DNA of 50,578 nucleotides. Origin: a virus. The notes below the pieces were generated by a model, which saw only the letters and a list, made by a program, of their open reading frames with translations, made no database searches and was not told the origin of the DNA. Shown one piece after another: positions 19,404 to 29,946 of the stretch. Both the position numbers and the translations under genes were made by a program. How positions within the stretch are numbered: the first letter of the stretch is position 1; each line of letters begins with the position of its first letter. Where the stretch lies: UHGV virus genome UHGV-1367765; one strand, 5' to 3'.

Positions 19404-19694
19404 ATGGGCTTTAGATTTCGCAAAAGAATCCGGATTGCGCCCGGACTCGCGATCAACATTAGCAAAAGCGGAGTAAGCACTTCAATTGGTGGTAAAGGTT
19501 CCACCATTAACATCGGGAAAAAAGGCGTAAAGATGACAAATGGCCTTCCCGGCACGGGGCTGTCGCATACCACTAACCTTTACTCTCCCGGGAAATCGAC
19601 AGAAAAAAAACAACTTACTCATAAGCAAAAAATAATTAGAAACATCCTGTTCGTAATTATTGTGTTTATTATAATTAAAGCTCAATATTTTTGA
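19404..19694 (+). CDS. DUF4236-like small membrane protein (inserted gene, opposite strand to the tail operon)
   Basis: MGFRFRKRIRIAPGLAINISKSGVSTSIGGKG signature; C-terminal hydrophobic helix; AGGAG RBS. Confidence 0.6.
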   Translation: MGFRFRKRIRIAPGLAINISKSGVSTSIGGKGSTINIGKKGVKMTNGLPGTGLSHTTNLYSPGKSTEKKQLTHKQKIIRNILFVIIVFIIIKAQYF

Positions 19695-19699
19695 CGCAT

Positions 19700-19730
19700 G
19701 CCCGCCTATCTGGCGGGCTATTTTACTTTT
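19700..19730 (+). terminator. Rho-independent terminator after the DUF4236 gene
   Basis: GCCCGCC-tatct-GGCGGGC followed by TATTTTACTTTT. Confidence 0.45.
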
Positions 19731-20071
19731 CGGCAGTCGTATGTTGCATACTGACGCGGCGCATTCATGCTGGCTTGCAGCCACTGGACATTGAGAATGG
19801 CTTTTCCGTTGCGCCCAATGAACTCCATTCCCACCCAGCGACCGGGTTGATCGGTAGCAACAACCCACTCAAATTTTACATTGTTATAATCACCTTCTTT
19901 TTTCAGAAAAGTGATTTTTTGAGTTTCTGGTTTTGCGCCATTAATTCTTGCAAGCCCATCATCCGCCCAGTGCACCCTGTAGTTACCACATTGTGAATCA
20001 GCAAATGCACTCAAGGATAAAAACGAAGTCAGCAGAAAAATTACGGCTGCTACACGCTTCACAATATTCAC
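19718..20071 (-). CDS. small secreted protein with signal peptide (inserted gene in the tail operon)
   Basis: N-terminus VAAVIFLLTSFLSLSAFA then a mature domain with two Cys; GTG start directly after the upstream stop. Confidence 0.45.
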   Translation of the reverse strand: MNIVKRVAAVIFLLTSFLSLSAFADSQCGNYRVHWADDGLARINGAKPETQKITFLKKEGDYNNVKFEWVVATDQPGRWVGMEFIGRNGKAILNVQWLQASMNAPRQYATYDCRKVK

Positions 20072-20072
20072 C

Positions 20073-21137
20073 TCAATAGTTGGTTTTCAGCATGGCATTC
20101 TGGCTGTAAAGCTCGCGAGCCCCACGCGCAAAACACATCAAATCCATGTACCACGCCTGACCTCTGGTGTCGCCAGTATAGTCGATAGCTTTGACGATAT
20201 AAACGCCATCTGTCGCAATGCTGGCAGCCTGTGACGTTGTGCCGGTCAGTACGCGGTTGCCGTTCTCTTCTGTTTCGGTGATGCGACCGGGCGACTGTGC
20301 TATTTCGCTATTACCGAGCGCGGCGCGGTACACCGAAGCCTGATCGAGCTGGATAAGACCATTAATACGGATGTTTGGGTTTATCAGGCACCGCACGTTT
20401 ACTCCGCCGCCCATCGTTTGTTGCGGCATACCGATCAGGCCAGTATCGGCATTCAACACAATGGCTTCGTGAATATATTTATCCTCCGGCACCATCTGGA
20501 CCTGACCATCCACCAGCTGCCATGTCGCTTTGCACTGCGCAGCAATATTATCCATCACGTTACGGGTGGATGAATAAATCGCACGGCCACGAGGAAACAC
20601 GGTATCAGGAAAATCGCCGGTAATGCCCTGTGTCACGCCGAACGCGTTGAAATCCTGCATCGTCGCCCGGTGCAGATCCGCAACGGTATAGCCAGCGGCA
20701 AGCGTGGTGATGGTGGTCGCATAGAGGAACGCTTCGTGATCACCAATGGCCTGAATCAACACCCAGGAATCCGTAATGTTGTCCTTCCCGGTGACGGTGA
20801 AGCGAATATCACCGTCAAAAATCAGGCCGTAGTTCTGACCGTTCACCTGCCCTATCTGGTCTGGTGAAATCTCCCGGGACACACCAACCTGGCTCGCATC
20901 AACATCCGGCGCTATACCGTCATACCCGGCAATGATGCGAATTTTTGCAAACTCCTGCCCCAGTATCTTGTTCGTGGTATCGGTCGAAAGGTTGTAAATT
21001 TTTACGTTCGCCACTCGCGGCCAGCGTGTATCTGCCCACTCGATCTGGAACGTGACCTTAAAATCAGACAGGGAAACGCCCTGCCCGTTCTGGTCCAACA
21101 GCTGCAACTCAAAATGGCGCATCCAGTTAAGAGACAT
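20073..21137 (-). CDS. tail/baseplate hub protein (Mu P gp44 / P2 gpD-like)
   Basis: 354 aa between the post-tape-measure genes and the baseplate genes. Confidence 0.55.
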   Translation of the reverse strand: MSLNWMRHFELQLLDQNGQGVSLSDFKVTFQIEWADTRWPRVANVKIYNLSTDTTNKILGQEFAKIRIIAGYDGIAPDVDASQVGVSREISPDQIGQVNGQNYGLIFDGDIRFTVTGKDNITDSWVLIQAIGDHEAFLYATTITTLAAGYTVADLHRATMQDFNAFGVTQGITGDFPDTVFPRGRAIYSSTRNVMDNIAAQCKATWQLVDGQVQMVPEDKYIHEAIVLNADTGLIGMPQQTMGGGVNVRCLINPNIRINGLIQLDQASVYRAALGNSEIAQSPGRITETEENGNRVLTGTTSQAASIATDGVYIVKAIDYTGDTRGQAWYMDLMCFARGARELYSQNAMLKTNY

Positions 21138-21139
21138 TT

Positions 21140-21445
21140 CTACTCCTGTACGAAAATGAGGTGGCTGTATGTGCCGAGGTTGGTTTTGGTGGGCTCGTCT
21201 GGTGCGCCCTTATCGGTCGCCACCACCAGCGCGCCATCAATGCCAAGCTGTGGATATTGTCGTAATAGGTTCACGCCGGTCAGTAGAGGTACGCCAGAGA
21301 GAAGCGCGGCACCGCCGCTATCCATCACGTCCATAATCCAGCCAGCCGCATCACGCCAGATGATCCTGAGTGTATACGTGGTATTGCCCAGCAAAACGCG
21401 GAACTGCTGATTGTCAGGAGAAAGCGGTATTTCGTTAAACTGCAT
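21140..21445 (-). CDS. putative tail protein
   Basis: Co-linear in the tail operon; no recognisable motif. Confidence 0.35.
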   Translation of the reverse strand: MQFNEIPLSPDNQQFRVLLGNTTYTLRIIWRDAAGWIMDVMDSGGAALLSGVPLLTGVNLLRQYPQLGIDGALVVATDKGAPDEPTKTNLGTYSHLIFVQE

Positions 21446-21446
21446 A

Positions 21447-22049
21447 TCATCCCCCGAATGCTGATGTAACGCTTCCGCCCAGCTGGCTCAGCAAGGATTC
21501 GTTTGGCGGTGTAGTGGATTTCATCCCGGAATTCTGCACCGCCGATGTGCTGACGCCATCCTGCATATCTGATTTATCTGCAACGGTGACATTTTTTGTC
21601 TGCGTTATGATGACTTCACGCAGGGTAAGCGTGCAGTTCAGCACGTTCTCGCTGGTTTTATCGGTCGTCACCTCGATGGCGCGCACCAGCATATTGCTGT
21701 ACACCCGCTTGCCAGTCACCACATCGAACGGCACCCGAGAGGACTGGAGATCCAGCAATTGCTGATAAGTCTCTTTCGGGCTCAGTCCGGCGCTGAGGCC
21801 GATTGAAGATGTATCGATGAAGTCCAGCAACGAACCGCCACCAGCGAAGCCGCATTCCATTGTGACTTCGCTGGGACGCTTATACGCATGATCGGCGATG
21901 AAACCCGACGCGCTATTCGTTGTTGGCTTCTCCACCGGATGCTCAGTAATTTCGAGCGCATCAGAATGCTTTTCGGAGACGACCACGCTGGGGATCAGCA
22001 GGCCAATTCGCCGGGATTGCTGGCGAAAAATCGCTGATAAAATATCCAT
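21447..22049 (-). CDS. putative tail protein following the tape measure gene
   Basis: Start overlaps the tape measure stop; position analogous to Mu N / P2 U. Confidence 0.35.
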   Translation of the reverse strand: MDILSAIFRQQSRRIGLLIPSVVVSEKHSDALEITEHPVEKPTTNSASGFIADHAYKRPSEVTMECGFAGGGSLLDFIDTSSIGLSAGLSPKETYQQLLDLQSSRVPFDVVTGKRVYSNMLVRAIEVTTDKTSENVLNCTLTLREVIITQTKNVTVADKSDMQDGVSTSAVQNSGMKSTTPPNESLLSQLGGSVTSAFGG

Positions 22050-24130
22050 TATCTCGGTCCTGCGGGGAGTTGCTGGGTTAACTGTGAATTCACGCCCTTT
22101 TGACGGTCAACAGTCAAACGGGCAGCTTCACGCGGATCGGAAACACCGTGGATGTTAATATTCGTTTCCTGCTGAATCACCGGGGCGCTGGTGGGCATAT
22201 TGCTCATTACTTTCGGAATGTAGTTGCGCGTTTCCTGCGGCATTAGCCCCATTCCATAACGCTTAACATTCCCGATCCCCCAGTTATATGATGCCAGTGC
22301 TTTGCTAAGGTCTCCGCCGTTCTGCCGCAACAGCTGGCTGAGGTACTTAGCGGCTGCCTGAGCTGACTTTTCCGGGTCGAATACATCATTCCCACGCAGG
22401 CCCATGTCGCGCGCCGTGCCATCCATAAACTGAAACAGACCTTTCGCGCCTGCGCCGGACACAGCGAACTGGTTACCACCCGACTCGGTGATCGCCACGC
22501 TTTTCAACAGGCCAGCAGGCAGCTGATAAAGAGATTCCAGCTTATTGAACAATGGCCCCATCCAGTCGAGCAAAACCTTGCCCTGCGCTGTGGCTTGTGG
22601 GCGTTTAACCGACTGCGCTCGCTGCTCCGGCTCCAGTCCCATCTCCTGAATTTTTCGCTGGATTTGCTCATCAGTGAAAAAGTCTTTGCCGGGATTTTCC
22701 TTTATCAGCGCCTCATATGCCTGCTGCCTTTCAGGTACGATATTGCTGCCTATACCGCCAATCGACGCCATTTCTTCACTGGTGGTCGGCGTATTGTTGG
22801 CAGGAATGAACATAAGCAACCAGGGATTCTTGATTGCCAACTGAGCGATCCCCTGCGCCAGCTTACCCAGCCCACCAATAGAGCCGCCAATTGCCTTACC
22901 GAGCCCCATAAATCCGGCGACAAGTCGCCCGATACCAGTGAGCATGGAGAACAGCTTCGCACCGGCCAGAAAGCCAAACAGGATGGTAAGCGTATTTTTC
23001 CAGCCGCCGAGGTTGTCCTTGAGCTCCAGAAACTTATCGCGCAGCCACTTGAACACCTTCTTTGCCTGCTCAATTTCTGGCTGCCATTTGGACCAGTCAA
23101 TCAGGCTTTTACCGCCCTCTTTCCACGTCTGGTAATCGTCGTACAGCAATCCGATCGCCAGAATCAGTGTGGTGATAATTCCAATCGGGGATTTCAGGAA
23201 CGCAGAATTAAGCAGACGCCATGCGACCAGTAGAGCACCGAATATTTTCAGCAGATTTTTACTGCCATCATCAAGACGCTTCCACCAGTCAATGACAGAG
23301 CCAGCGCCCTGTATAAGCCGCCACGCCATTCGTGTGAAGGCGTTTGCAAGCCAGATCACGCCCTTAATAACTTTGGTCAGAGTCTCTTCAATCTTCGGGA
23401 AGTTGTCGAGGATGCGCCGCCGCAGGCTGTCCAGCGAACCAGCCAAGCCACCAGCGAGATTTGAGCCGATCTTGTCCCGCATAATGCCAAACAGCGACGT
23501 AAGCCCGTGCATGGACGTCATGAATTTGTTGGACTGAACGGCTGCCTTATCAGCGTTGAACCCCGTCTTTTGCAGCATAGACTGGTAATCGGCGGTAAAG
23601 CCATTCATGCCGCGCCGCATCGCCATCAGCGTGTTTTCATCGATACCGAGCATCTGCGCGTATTGCTTCGCGCGGTAATACGGCATGTTGTTGAGCTTTT
23701 GCCCAACGCCAGTAAAGATGGCAGCAGTATCACGCATCTTTCCGCTGGCATCGCGGGTCTGGACACCAAGACGGTTCAGGAACCCTTCCGCCCCCGGATT
23801 GCTACGCATGAAGCCAGCCAACCCTTCGAGGGAGGACATGGCCGACTCAGCGCTGGCGCCAGTTTGCGATGCGGCATAGCCCAGCGCTTTGATGCCCTGG
23901 ACGCTGGCCCCCGTCCGCTGGGATGCCCAGTAAATTTTATCCAGACCATTCGCGATCTGGGTGGTAAATCCGACAATGCTCAGCGCTGCGCCTTCCACCA
24001 CCGCGCCGACCTTCATAACGTTTGCGGTAACGCCTTTCAGCACGGCTTCAAACTTATTAGCGCCAGCCTGATCGATATCGAATCCCAGCGAAACAAGGAA
24101 ATCTTTAATCGTATCTGCGTTACCGCTCAT
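22049..24130 (-). CDS. tail tape measure protein with C-terminal lytic transglycosylase (SLT) domain
   Basis: 693 aa, Ala/Gly-rich helical body; C-terminal ...ITESGGNQFAVSGAGAKGLFQFM... SLT motif. Confidence 0.75.
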   Translation of the reverse strand: MSGNADTIKDFLVSLGFDIDQAGANKFEAVLKGVTANVMKVGAVVEGAALSIVGFTTQIANGLDKIYWASQRTGASVQGIKALGYAASQTGASAESAMSSLEGLAGFMRSNPGAEGFLNRLGVQTRDASGKMRDTAAIFTGVGQKLNNMPYYRAKQYAQMLGIDENTLMAMRRGMNGFTADYQSMLQKTGFNADKAAVQSNKFMTSMHGLTSLFGIMRDKIGSNLAGGLAGSLDSLRRRILDNFPKIEETLTKVIKGVIWLANAFTRMAWRLIQGAGSVIDWWKRLDDGSKNLLKIFGALLVAWRLLNSAFLKSPIGIITTLILAIGLLYDDYQTWKEGGKSLIDWSKWQPEIEQAKKVFKWLRDKFLELKDNLGGWKNTLTILFGFLAGAKLFSMLTGIGRLVAGFMGLGKAIGGSIGGLGKLAQGIAQLAIKNPWLLMFIPANNTPTTSEEMASIGGIGSNIVPERQQAYEALIKENPGKDFFTDEQIQRKIQEMGLEPEQRAQSVKRPQATAQGKVLLDWMGPLFNKLESLYQLPAGLLKSVAITESGGNQFAVSGAGAKGLFQFMDGTARDMGLRGNDVFDPEKSAQAAAKYLSQLLRQNGGDLSKALASYNWGIGNVKRYGMGLMPQETRNYIPKVMSNMPTSAPVIQQETNINIHGVSDPREAARLTVDRQKGVNSQLTQQLPAGPR

Positions 24131-24307
24131 TGGCCGCTCTCCATTTATCTACCCGGGCGTCGTTATCCTCGCGCATGTCGAGGTAGTCATTGAGAAGCGC
24201 GATGCGGCAGAGGTCTACCGCACCGCTGTTAAGGTCTTTCTGGTCAATCTGGAAGGCAAGCGCCGGACGAAGAATAAAATCTTCACCGCCCGGCAGGCTG
24301 TTGAAGG

Positions 24308-24733
24308 TTATTCCGCTGGCGGGGTGGGCGTCTCGCTGGTAGGGAGTCCTTGCAAAAAATTTCCCAGCGAGTCGGCGACCACCCGCGCCACCAGTTGCAG
24401 CATGGTCAGCAGGTCTATATCGTCAAACGCCATTTCGCCATGCTGGCAGACCGGCACCCAGCCTTTCATATGCTCGCGTGAAACGACGGAAAGGCAGGGG
24501 AACAGGATAGCGTCCACGTCGCCATCGCTCAGATCGGACACAGCATTGGCAATCTTTGGCAGGATGGTAGCCATCGCGCCTTCTGTGTCTTTGCTACTGA
24601 TCTTCTCCTGAACGCTCCGGAAGTCAGAAACCATCCCGGCCAGCACCGGCAACAGCTTGCGGGACACCTTCAGCTGTTCGAAAACGCTGAGCTTTGCGGT
24701 GCGATATTTCACGCCTTTAATTTCGAATTCCAT
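24308..24733 (-). CDS. tail assembly chaperone
   Basis: 141 aa between the tube and tape measure genes; 178-nt gap before the tape measure gene could hold a frameshift extension. Confidence 0.45.
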   Translation of the reverse strand: MEFEIKGVKYRTAKLSVFEQLKVSRKLLPVLAGMVSDFRSVQEKISSKDTEGAMATILPKIANAVSDLSDGDVDAILFPCLSVVSREHMKGWVPVCQHGEMAFDDIDLLTMLQLVARVVADSLGNFLQGLPTSETPTPPAE

Positions 24734-24736
24734 GCG

Positions 24737-25177
24737 TTAAAACTCCCCGAGCAGCTGGTCAATCTTGCCGCAATCAAATACCCAGGCAACAGTTCCGCCC
24801 TCTTTGGCGTTATTGAAATCAGGCTGTTTCTGGAATGCACACGAACGCGCAGTAGAAATATCACCCGATGCCGTGTTGCGAATGACGATCACGTTATTGC
24901 CCCAGGTGGCAGAGGACTGGCTTTGCGCGTTATACGCCAGAGACAGCTTCTTGTTCACCGGGGAGGTTTTCAGCAGCGTTACCGTAATGGTGCCTGACTT
25001 ATCGGCGTGCAGGCTGTGCATCACTTCGCCATCGGCACCGATGATCATGGTGTTCTTGTTGCCGCCCATGGTCTGGGTGATACCTTCCTCAGAGTTCGCA
25101 GAACCCTGACCAAGATCGATAACGCCGGTCGGCCCGGTGAGCGACGCGGTTACATCGAGAAAAGAATAAGTTGCCAT
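24737..25177 (-). CDS. tail tube protein
   Basis: 146 aa immediately downstream of the sheath gene. Confidence 0.6.
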   Translation of the reverse strand: MATYSFLDVTASLTGPTGVIDLGQGSANSEEGITQTMGGNKNTMIIGADGEVMHSLHADKSGTITVTLLKTSPVNKKLSLAYNAQSQSSATWGNNVIVIRNTASGDISTARSCAFQKQPDFNNAKEGGTVAWVFDCGKIDQLLGEF

Positions 25178-25187
25178 TTATCGCTCC

Positions 25188-26348
25188 TTAGCGAACCACG
25201 TTGATCTGCACATCGGCATAATGAACTGCGCCAGCCAGCTTACAGGCCACCTGAATTAACGGTGCTTTGCGAGCTTCTCGGTCGGCCTGCGCCTGTTCTG
25301 ACAGAGGTTGCGCATACACGTAATAACCTTTGGTCAGCGTATCGCCGGAATTCAGCTGTCCGATAGGGCCACCATTCCACACGCCAGCCGCTACCAGACC
25401 GTTCGTGACGGACTGATCCATGGACTGTTCAACGTTGGAAAGCAGACGGGTCACACCAGCATCAGTCTGCGGAATTTTGGTGGTGCTGGTGTAAAGCAGG
25501 TTATAGAGGTTGGTCTGAACGTAGTTCTGCAACCAGTCGAGCCCGTGGCGCTCGTCGAAGAAGTCACCGTTAGCCATGACACCCTGTTGCAGGATCGCCG
25601 TGTCGTTGGCGTAGTACACGAACACGTTCGCGTTCTTCGTATCTACCGCAGCCGCCTGACCTAACGTCAGCGTTTCGTAGGTTACGCCTGGCTCCTGTTT
25701 GAACTTCAGGGTAATGGTGGTATTGCTGCCGTTGAAGTTAACAGTGAACGCACGACCGAACGCAGAAACCGCTGCATAAGAGCTACTGGTGGAATACTGA
25801 ATGAAAGTGCGGGAAAACTTGCCAGCCTTTAATTTCGACGCAACATCGGTCGTTGAAGTCGTGCTGATAATCCCGGCGTCACCAGAGGTCACACCAAAGA
25901 TACGGCTAAGGCTGGACGCTTCAATAAGTTTGGCGACCTCAATCACGTCATCAGCATCAAGCACATCGCCACCAGCGACAACATCATCAGCGACAACCAG
26001 CCCATACCAGTTGGTATATTGCAGGCAGGCATTAACGGCTTGCACGATAGTTTCAGTATCTCCACTCTCGGAAGAACTCAGCGTCTTCGCCCAGCGACCA
26101 ACATAAACCTGTGTCGGCTTCGGTGACTGGCTGAAGAAAACCTGCGCCGCTTCATATTCCGGGCTGTCGACTCCGAAGTCCTCGCCAATGTCCTCAACGG
26201 ACGCATAAAGGCGAATGCGTTCCTGCACCGGAATGACAGTGGAAGAGCCGAGGATCAGCAGCGCGCCGAAGTTACGACCAGTAGCCGCTTTCGGCGAGAT
26301 GATCACATCAACGTTTACAACGTTGGATACAGGTAAGCCCTGTGCCAT
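25188..26348 (-). CDS. contractile tail sheath protein
   Basis: 386 aa immediately upstream of the tube gene. Confidence 0.65.
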   Translation of the reverse strand: MAQGLPVSNVVNVDVIISPKAATGRNFGALLILGSSTVIPVQERIRLYASVEDIGEDFGVDSPEYEAAQVFFSQSPKPTQVYVGRWAKTLSSSESGDTETIVQAVNACLQYTNWYGLVVADDVVAGGDVLDADDVIEVAKLIEASSLSRIFGVTSGDAGIISTTSTTDVASKLKAGKFSRTFIQYSTSSSYAAVSAFGRAFTVNFNGSNTTITLKFKQEPGVTYETLTLGQAAAVDTKNANVFVYYANDTAILQQGVMANGDFFDERHGLDWLQNYVQTNLYNLLYTSTTKIPQTDAGVTRLLSNVEQSMDQSVTNGLVAAGVWNGGPIGQLNSGDTLTKGYYVYAQPLSEQAQADREARKAPLIQVACKLAGAVHYADVQINVVR

Positions 26349-26351
26349 AGG

Positions 26352-26957
26352 TTAATCTCCAAAAAATGATACTGGTGCATCCACCAGCGATTTGATGCCG
26401 TACTCGCGCACAACCTTACGGCGCAGACGCACCGTCATGTCGTAACGGCGAACCCATTGCTGGTTGATAAGTTCGGGGAAGGGAGTCAGACCTGTGTAAT
26501 CGCCAAGAGACAGCCCCAGCGCATTCAGTGCTGCGTTGTTCTGCGGTACAGATATACCGTCACGAAACCGGGACGCATACACCATCCCCGCCGGACCATA
26601 AAACGAAGCCATACACTCAATCGTTTCATGCCGCCAGAGCTGAGAGCCATCATCGGTCTGTCTGGTGAATGCCGGACTGTCATCACCTGACCATCCGATA
26701 ACCCCAAACGCACACCAGTTCGTTTCAGCCGGTAGCAGTGGCGGTTGCTTTTTCTGCCAGCGCGGGCGAACCATCCCGGCAGACAGACCGGAAACGTTAC
26801 GCATCCACTGGCTTAGCAGCCTGTCGAGCGCTTCGTCATAAGCCGGATCGCCGCTGGTGGGTGTCAGCCAGCCGCGCTCTGTGCTGGTGTTATTACTCAA
26901 CGGGAGTACCCCCATCAAACGGCAACAGTTCGCAATGCGCCTGGACGAAGCCAGCAC
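26352..26957 (-). CDS. putative head-tail joining / tail completion protein
   Basis: Position between capsid and sheath genes. Confidence 0.35.
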   Translation of the reverse strand: MLASSRRIANCCRLMGVLPLSNNTSTERGWLTPTSGDPAYDEALDRLLSQWMRNVSGLSAGMVRPRWQKKQPPLLPAETNWCAFGVIGWSGDDSPAFTRQTDDGSQLWRHETIECMASFYGPAGMVYASRFRDGISVPQNNAALNALGLSLGDYTGLTPFPELINQQWVRRYDMTVRLRRKVVREYGIKSLVDAPVSFFGD

Positions 26958-27279
26958 CGTAAGCGGTATACGGGTCGACGAATGTCACGCGGTAATCACG
27001 GTTCTGATACGTCACGATATCGGCATCACGGCCAGTCTGCCCCTGCGTGAGTCGCTCAGTCGTCACGATTAAAATCGCCCCGCTGATAACCTGCCCGGCC
27101 TGCATGCGGCGGTTTTCAAGGGAGCGGTCAACGGTAACAACCCCTGCAAACTGCGTTTTAACTTCGCTGTCGCTGCCGATCCCGTCCTCGTCCACCGTTT
27201 GCGCGCGACGCGTTACCAACAGGTTGAAGTCGCAAAAATCGGGGTCGAAAAGCACGTCTGTTACATCAAGAGTCGGCAT
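26893..27279 (-). CDS. putative head-tail connector protein
   Basis: Position between capsid and sheath genes; listed start overlaps the neighbouring gene. Confidence 0.35.
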   Translation of the reverse strand: MPTLDVTDVLFDPDFCDFNLLVTRRAQTVDEDGIGSDSEVKTQFAGVVTVDRSLENRRMQAGQVISGAILIVTTERLTQGQTGRDADIVTYQNRDYRVTFVDPYTAYGAGFVQAHCELLPFDGGTPVE

Positions 27280-27853
27280 CTTTATCCCTCACAACATGGG
27301 TAATGGCTCTGCGGTACTGTCCGGTATCAATCAACGGCCTTACATTCTCATTGCTTATCAATTGACCAGAATCTGGGTTGATAGCATTAAGCTTTCCGTC
27401 TGCCGATCTGCGTGCTAACTCAGCTTTCGCCCCTTTGCGCCCTCGACGTGCGCGGGCTTCAACGGTGCTATCAGCAAGCGGTGTAAAGCCGGTAATAGTC
27501 ATGTAACGCCTGACGCCATTAGCGGCCAGCGTTCCGGCACGGTTGAGCGCTCTTTCTGCACCCGCCGCATTACCATCAAGCGCAGCCTGCGCCGCTGCTT
27601 TGAGCTGCGGCACTGTCTGTTCCTCTACTGATTTAACGCCGGGGACCAAGTGCGGGCGTGGGGGGATGTTTTGCGCTGGTGAGCCGTATTCGTTGACGTA
27701 ACCGATCCCGGCATTGCCAAACGGAACATCATCACGCTCACTGTCTTCCGAAGGGATACCGACCAGCACATCCTTTTTGGTTAGCGACCTGATCGCATCC
27801 AGAATGGCCTGAGCGTTATCCACCCTCGTTGTTACACCGCTTTTGAAACTCAT
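27266..27853 (-). CDS. putative head completion protein
   Basis: Position in the structural operon. Confidence 0.35.
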   Translation of the reverse strand: MSFKSGVTTRVDNAQAILDAIRSLTKKDVLVGIPSEDSERDDVPFGNAGIGYVNEYGSPAQNIPPRPHLVPGVKSVEEQTVPQLKAAAQAALDGNAAGAERALNRAGTLAANGVRRYMTITGFTPLADSTVEARARRGRKGAKAELARRSADGKLNAINPDSGQLISNENVRPLIDTGQYRRAITHVVRDKDADS

Positions 27854-28257
27854 AGCTGGCGACCGCCCGCACCGAACATCGTGATCAGCTGATAAAATTC
27901 AGCGCCATATCGGGTGTTATTCCAGAAGCCTGCGTCAGGGTTTAGCGTCGCGCTGGTGTCATAGCTGACGCTTACCTTGTCAACGGACTTGGAGGATTGA
28001 ACACCATTGGTTGAACCGCCCGGGCCGCCAACCAGCATTGCCCGACTATCTGCCGCCCATAGCGTCATGTAGTGAGCCACGAACAACCCGGCAAAGTACG
28101 GAAACAAATCTTTGCCGGTGACGTTTTCGCTCAGCAGTTCATCGGCCAGATTCAGACGAAACTGGATTTGCGCTTCGGGATATTTGGCAGGGTCAGCAAA
28201 CTGCGGGAAGTCGCGGCGAAAATCACTTACCGCTGGCAGACTTTGATTCTTTGGCAT
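27850..28257 (-). CDS. putative head-tail adaptor protein
   Basis: Position after the capsid gene. Confidence 0.35.
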   Translation of the reverse strand: MPKNQSLPAVSDFRRDFPQFADPAKYPEAQIQFRLNLADELLSENVTGKDLFPYFAGLFVAHYMTLWAADSRAMLVGGPGGSTNGVQSSKSVDKVSVSYDTSATLNPDAGFWNNTRYGAEFYQLITMFGAGGRQL

Positions 28258-28444
28258 TTTTTACCTCGTTACGCGCGTCTGTGGCTTTGCCAACGGATAC
28301 TTCCGCGTGCGCACGAGTGAACCAGTGCGTGGCAACGTCTTCCTCCACTGCATGACGGCCTTTAACAAACTCGCGCCGCGAACCGTCGGGAAGCGTGAGC
28401 ACAAACGGGGTATGTACGTGTATTACTGCATTATTTTTTGCCAT
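28223..28444 (-). CDS. small structural-module protein
   Basis: 73-aa ORF directly downstream of the major capsid gene. Confidence 0.3.
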   Translation of the reverse strand: MAKNNAVIHVHTPFVLTLPDGSRREFVKGRHAVEEDVATHWFTRAHAEVSVGKATDARNEVKNAKESKSASGK

Positions 28445-28485
28445 CGGGTCATCCTTAATGGCCCCGCCAGGGGGCCATGTGGCTG

Positions 28486-29427
28486 TTAAATGCCATCAAC
28501 GTACGAAATGGTTTCTTTGTACACTGGCTCAACCGCACCAAGCTTGCCGTAGTAGGTCGCAATCTGATACAGACCGCGATACTGGATAGGAACGCTCTGC
28601 AACGGCACCAGCGGATAGCGGACGTATTTTTTATCGTTGGTGTACGCAACCATGCGATCCTTATTCCCCACACCACGGCCTTTCAGCCATTTAACCGCGC
28701 GGATATTCAGCGGAACACCGTTCTGGTGATAGCTGATGGTGTTGGTCTGAAGGTACGTCAACAGGGACTGGTTACCCGCAGATGAAACGATGATGCTGGA
28801 CAACAGAGCAAACTGCTCTGGCGGGATCAGCAAATCACGCGGAACCACAGAGTAACCAGAAGCGGCCCACGCATCAGACAGCACCTGGTTAATGCTTGCG
28901 CGGATTTCGTCCGGTGTTGAGGTTGCCCACGTTTTGGCAGCGTTGTTGACAGGAACACCGTTCAGGGTAACAAGGCCTTTCAGGTTTAATGCGGAATCGC
29001 CAACATACACCTGCTCGTCGTTGTCCATCTGCCATTTGAGCTGCATCCCGTCGTACTTCTGGGTGTCAATCGGGCGACCTACCTGCTGAGCTGCTGCCAG
29101 CTCTACAACGGTCCAGCCAAGTTCCATCCCCCACAGGTTCAGCGGGTTACCGGATTTGCCGATATCCACGTTCACGCCAGCAATAGCGGTTGAGTCTTTG
29201 CCTACCCAGTTTTTACCGTTCGGATTTGCGCCAGTACCCGCAGCGCCAAAGCTGGTGTTAGTCCAGCTGGAAATGTCATCTGCGATAGAAACGTCTTCAC
29301 GCAGCTGAATATCGCGGGTCCAGGTGTAACCCACCAGCGGCAGGTTCAGCGTCTGGTCGAGTCGCTCCAGCTCCCCGATGAGAAAGGCACCAGAGCTATC
29401 AACGGTTGCCTGATCAAAAGTAATCAT
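28486..29427 (-). CDS. major capsid protein
   Basis: 313 aa, preceded by decoration-like and scaffold-like genes in the canonical order. Confidence 0.65.
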   Translation of the reverse strand: MITFDQATVDSSGAFLIGELERLDQTLNLPLVGYTWTRDIQLREDVSIADDISSWTNTSFGAAGTGANPNGKNWVGKDSTAIAGVNVDIGKSGNPLNLWGMELGWTVVELAAAQQVGRPIDTQKYDGMQLKWQMDNDEQVYVGDSALNLKGLVTLNGVPVNNAAKTWATSTPDEIRASINQVLSDAWAASGYSVVPRDLLIPPEQFALLSSIIVSSAGNQSLLTYLQTNTISYHQNGVPLNIRAVKWLKGRGVGNKDRMVAYTNDKKYVRYPLVPLQSVPIQYRGLYQIATYYGKLGAVEPVYKETISYVDGI

Positions 29428-29438
29428 TCGTCTGTTCC

Positions 29439-29942
29439 TTAAATCTTCCAGGAGATTTCTGCATTGCCGTTAGCGTCACCGGCCCCTGTGAATTCGGCGT
29501 TGGTCAGCGCCACGTTTTTGCCACTGACGGACGTGGACATGAAGCCGCCCAGCGGCACGTCAATGGTTGAATCGAGCGAAACGACCACGTAGACAGGATC
29601 ACCTTTTTTGATGGTGCTGGCATCGAAGCCAGATCCAAGGTTAACGGTCATGTAGCCACGTTTCATGGCGTCGCCCGGGAAATTCTTATCCGTCCCCACC
29701 TGGAGAACCATGTCTGGCTGCGATGTGGTCGGATACGGACGAACGTAGATCCCCTTCACCTTGTCGGCGGTGTCACCGTCCTCCAGCGGCACGAAAAAAC
29801 CGTCATCATCGTATTTACCAGCCAGCCCATAGGCAGCAAAGGCGTTATCGGATTTAAGGACCACCGGTTCGACGGTTAAGTCCTGCGGGCGAGAGATAGC
29901 CCCGGCAATGCCAACAGGCATCCGGTACAGATATGCAGTCAT
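29439..29942 (-). CDS. head decoration / structural protein
   Basis: 167 aa between the scaffold and capsid genes. Confidence 0.4.
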   Translation of the reverse strand: MTAYLYRMPVGIAGAISRPQDLTVEPVVLKSDNAFAAYGLAGKYDDDGFFVPLEDGDTADKVKGIYVRPYPTTSQPDMVLQVGTDKNFPGDAMKRGYMTVNLGSGFDASTIKKGDPVYVVVSLDSTIDVPLGGFMSTSVSGKNVALTNAEFTGAGDANGNAEISWKI

Positions 29943-29946
29943 TGGA

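Noticed and set aside
22595-24193. Plus-strand ORFs (212 aa, 228 aa and smaller) inside the tape measure gene
   Set aside because: Antisense to the 693-aa tape measure gene; no RBS or motifs.
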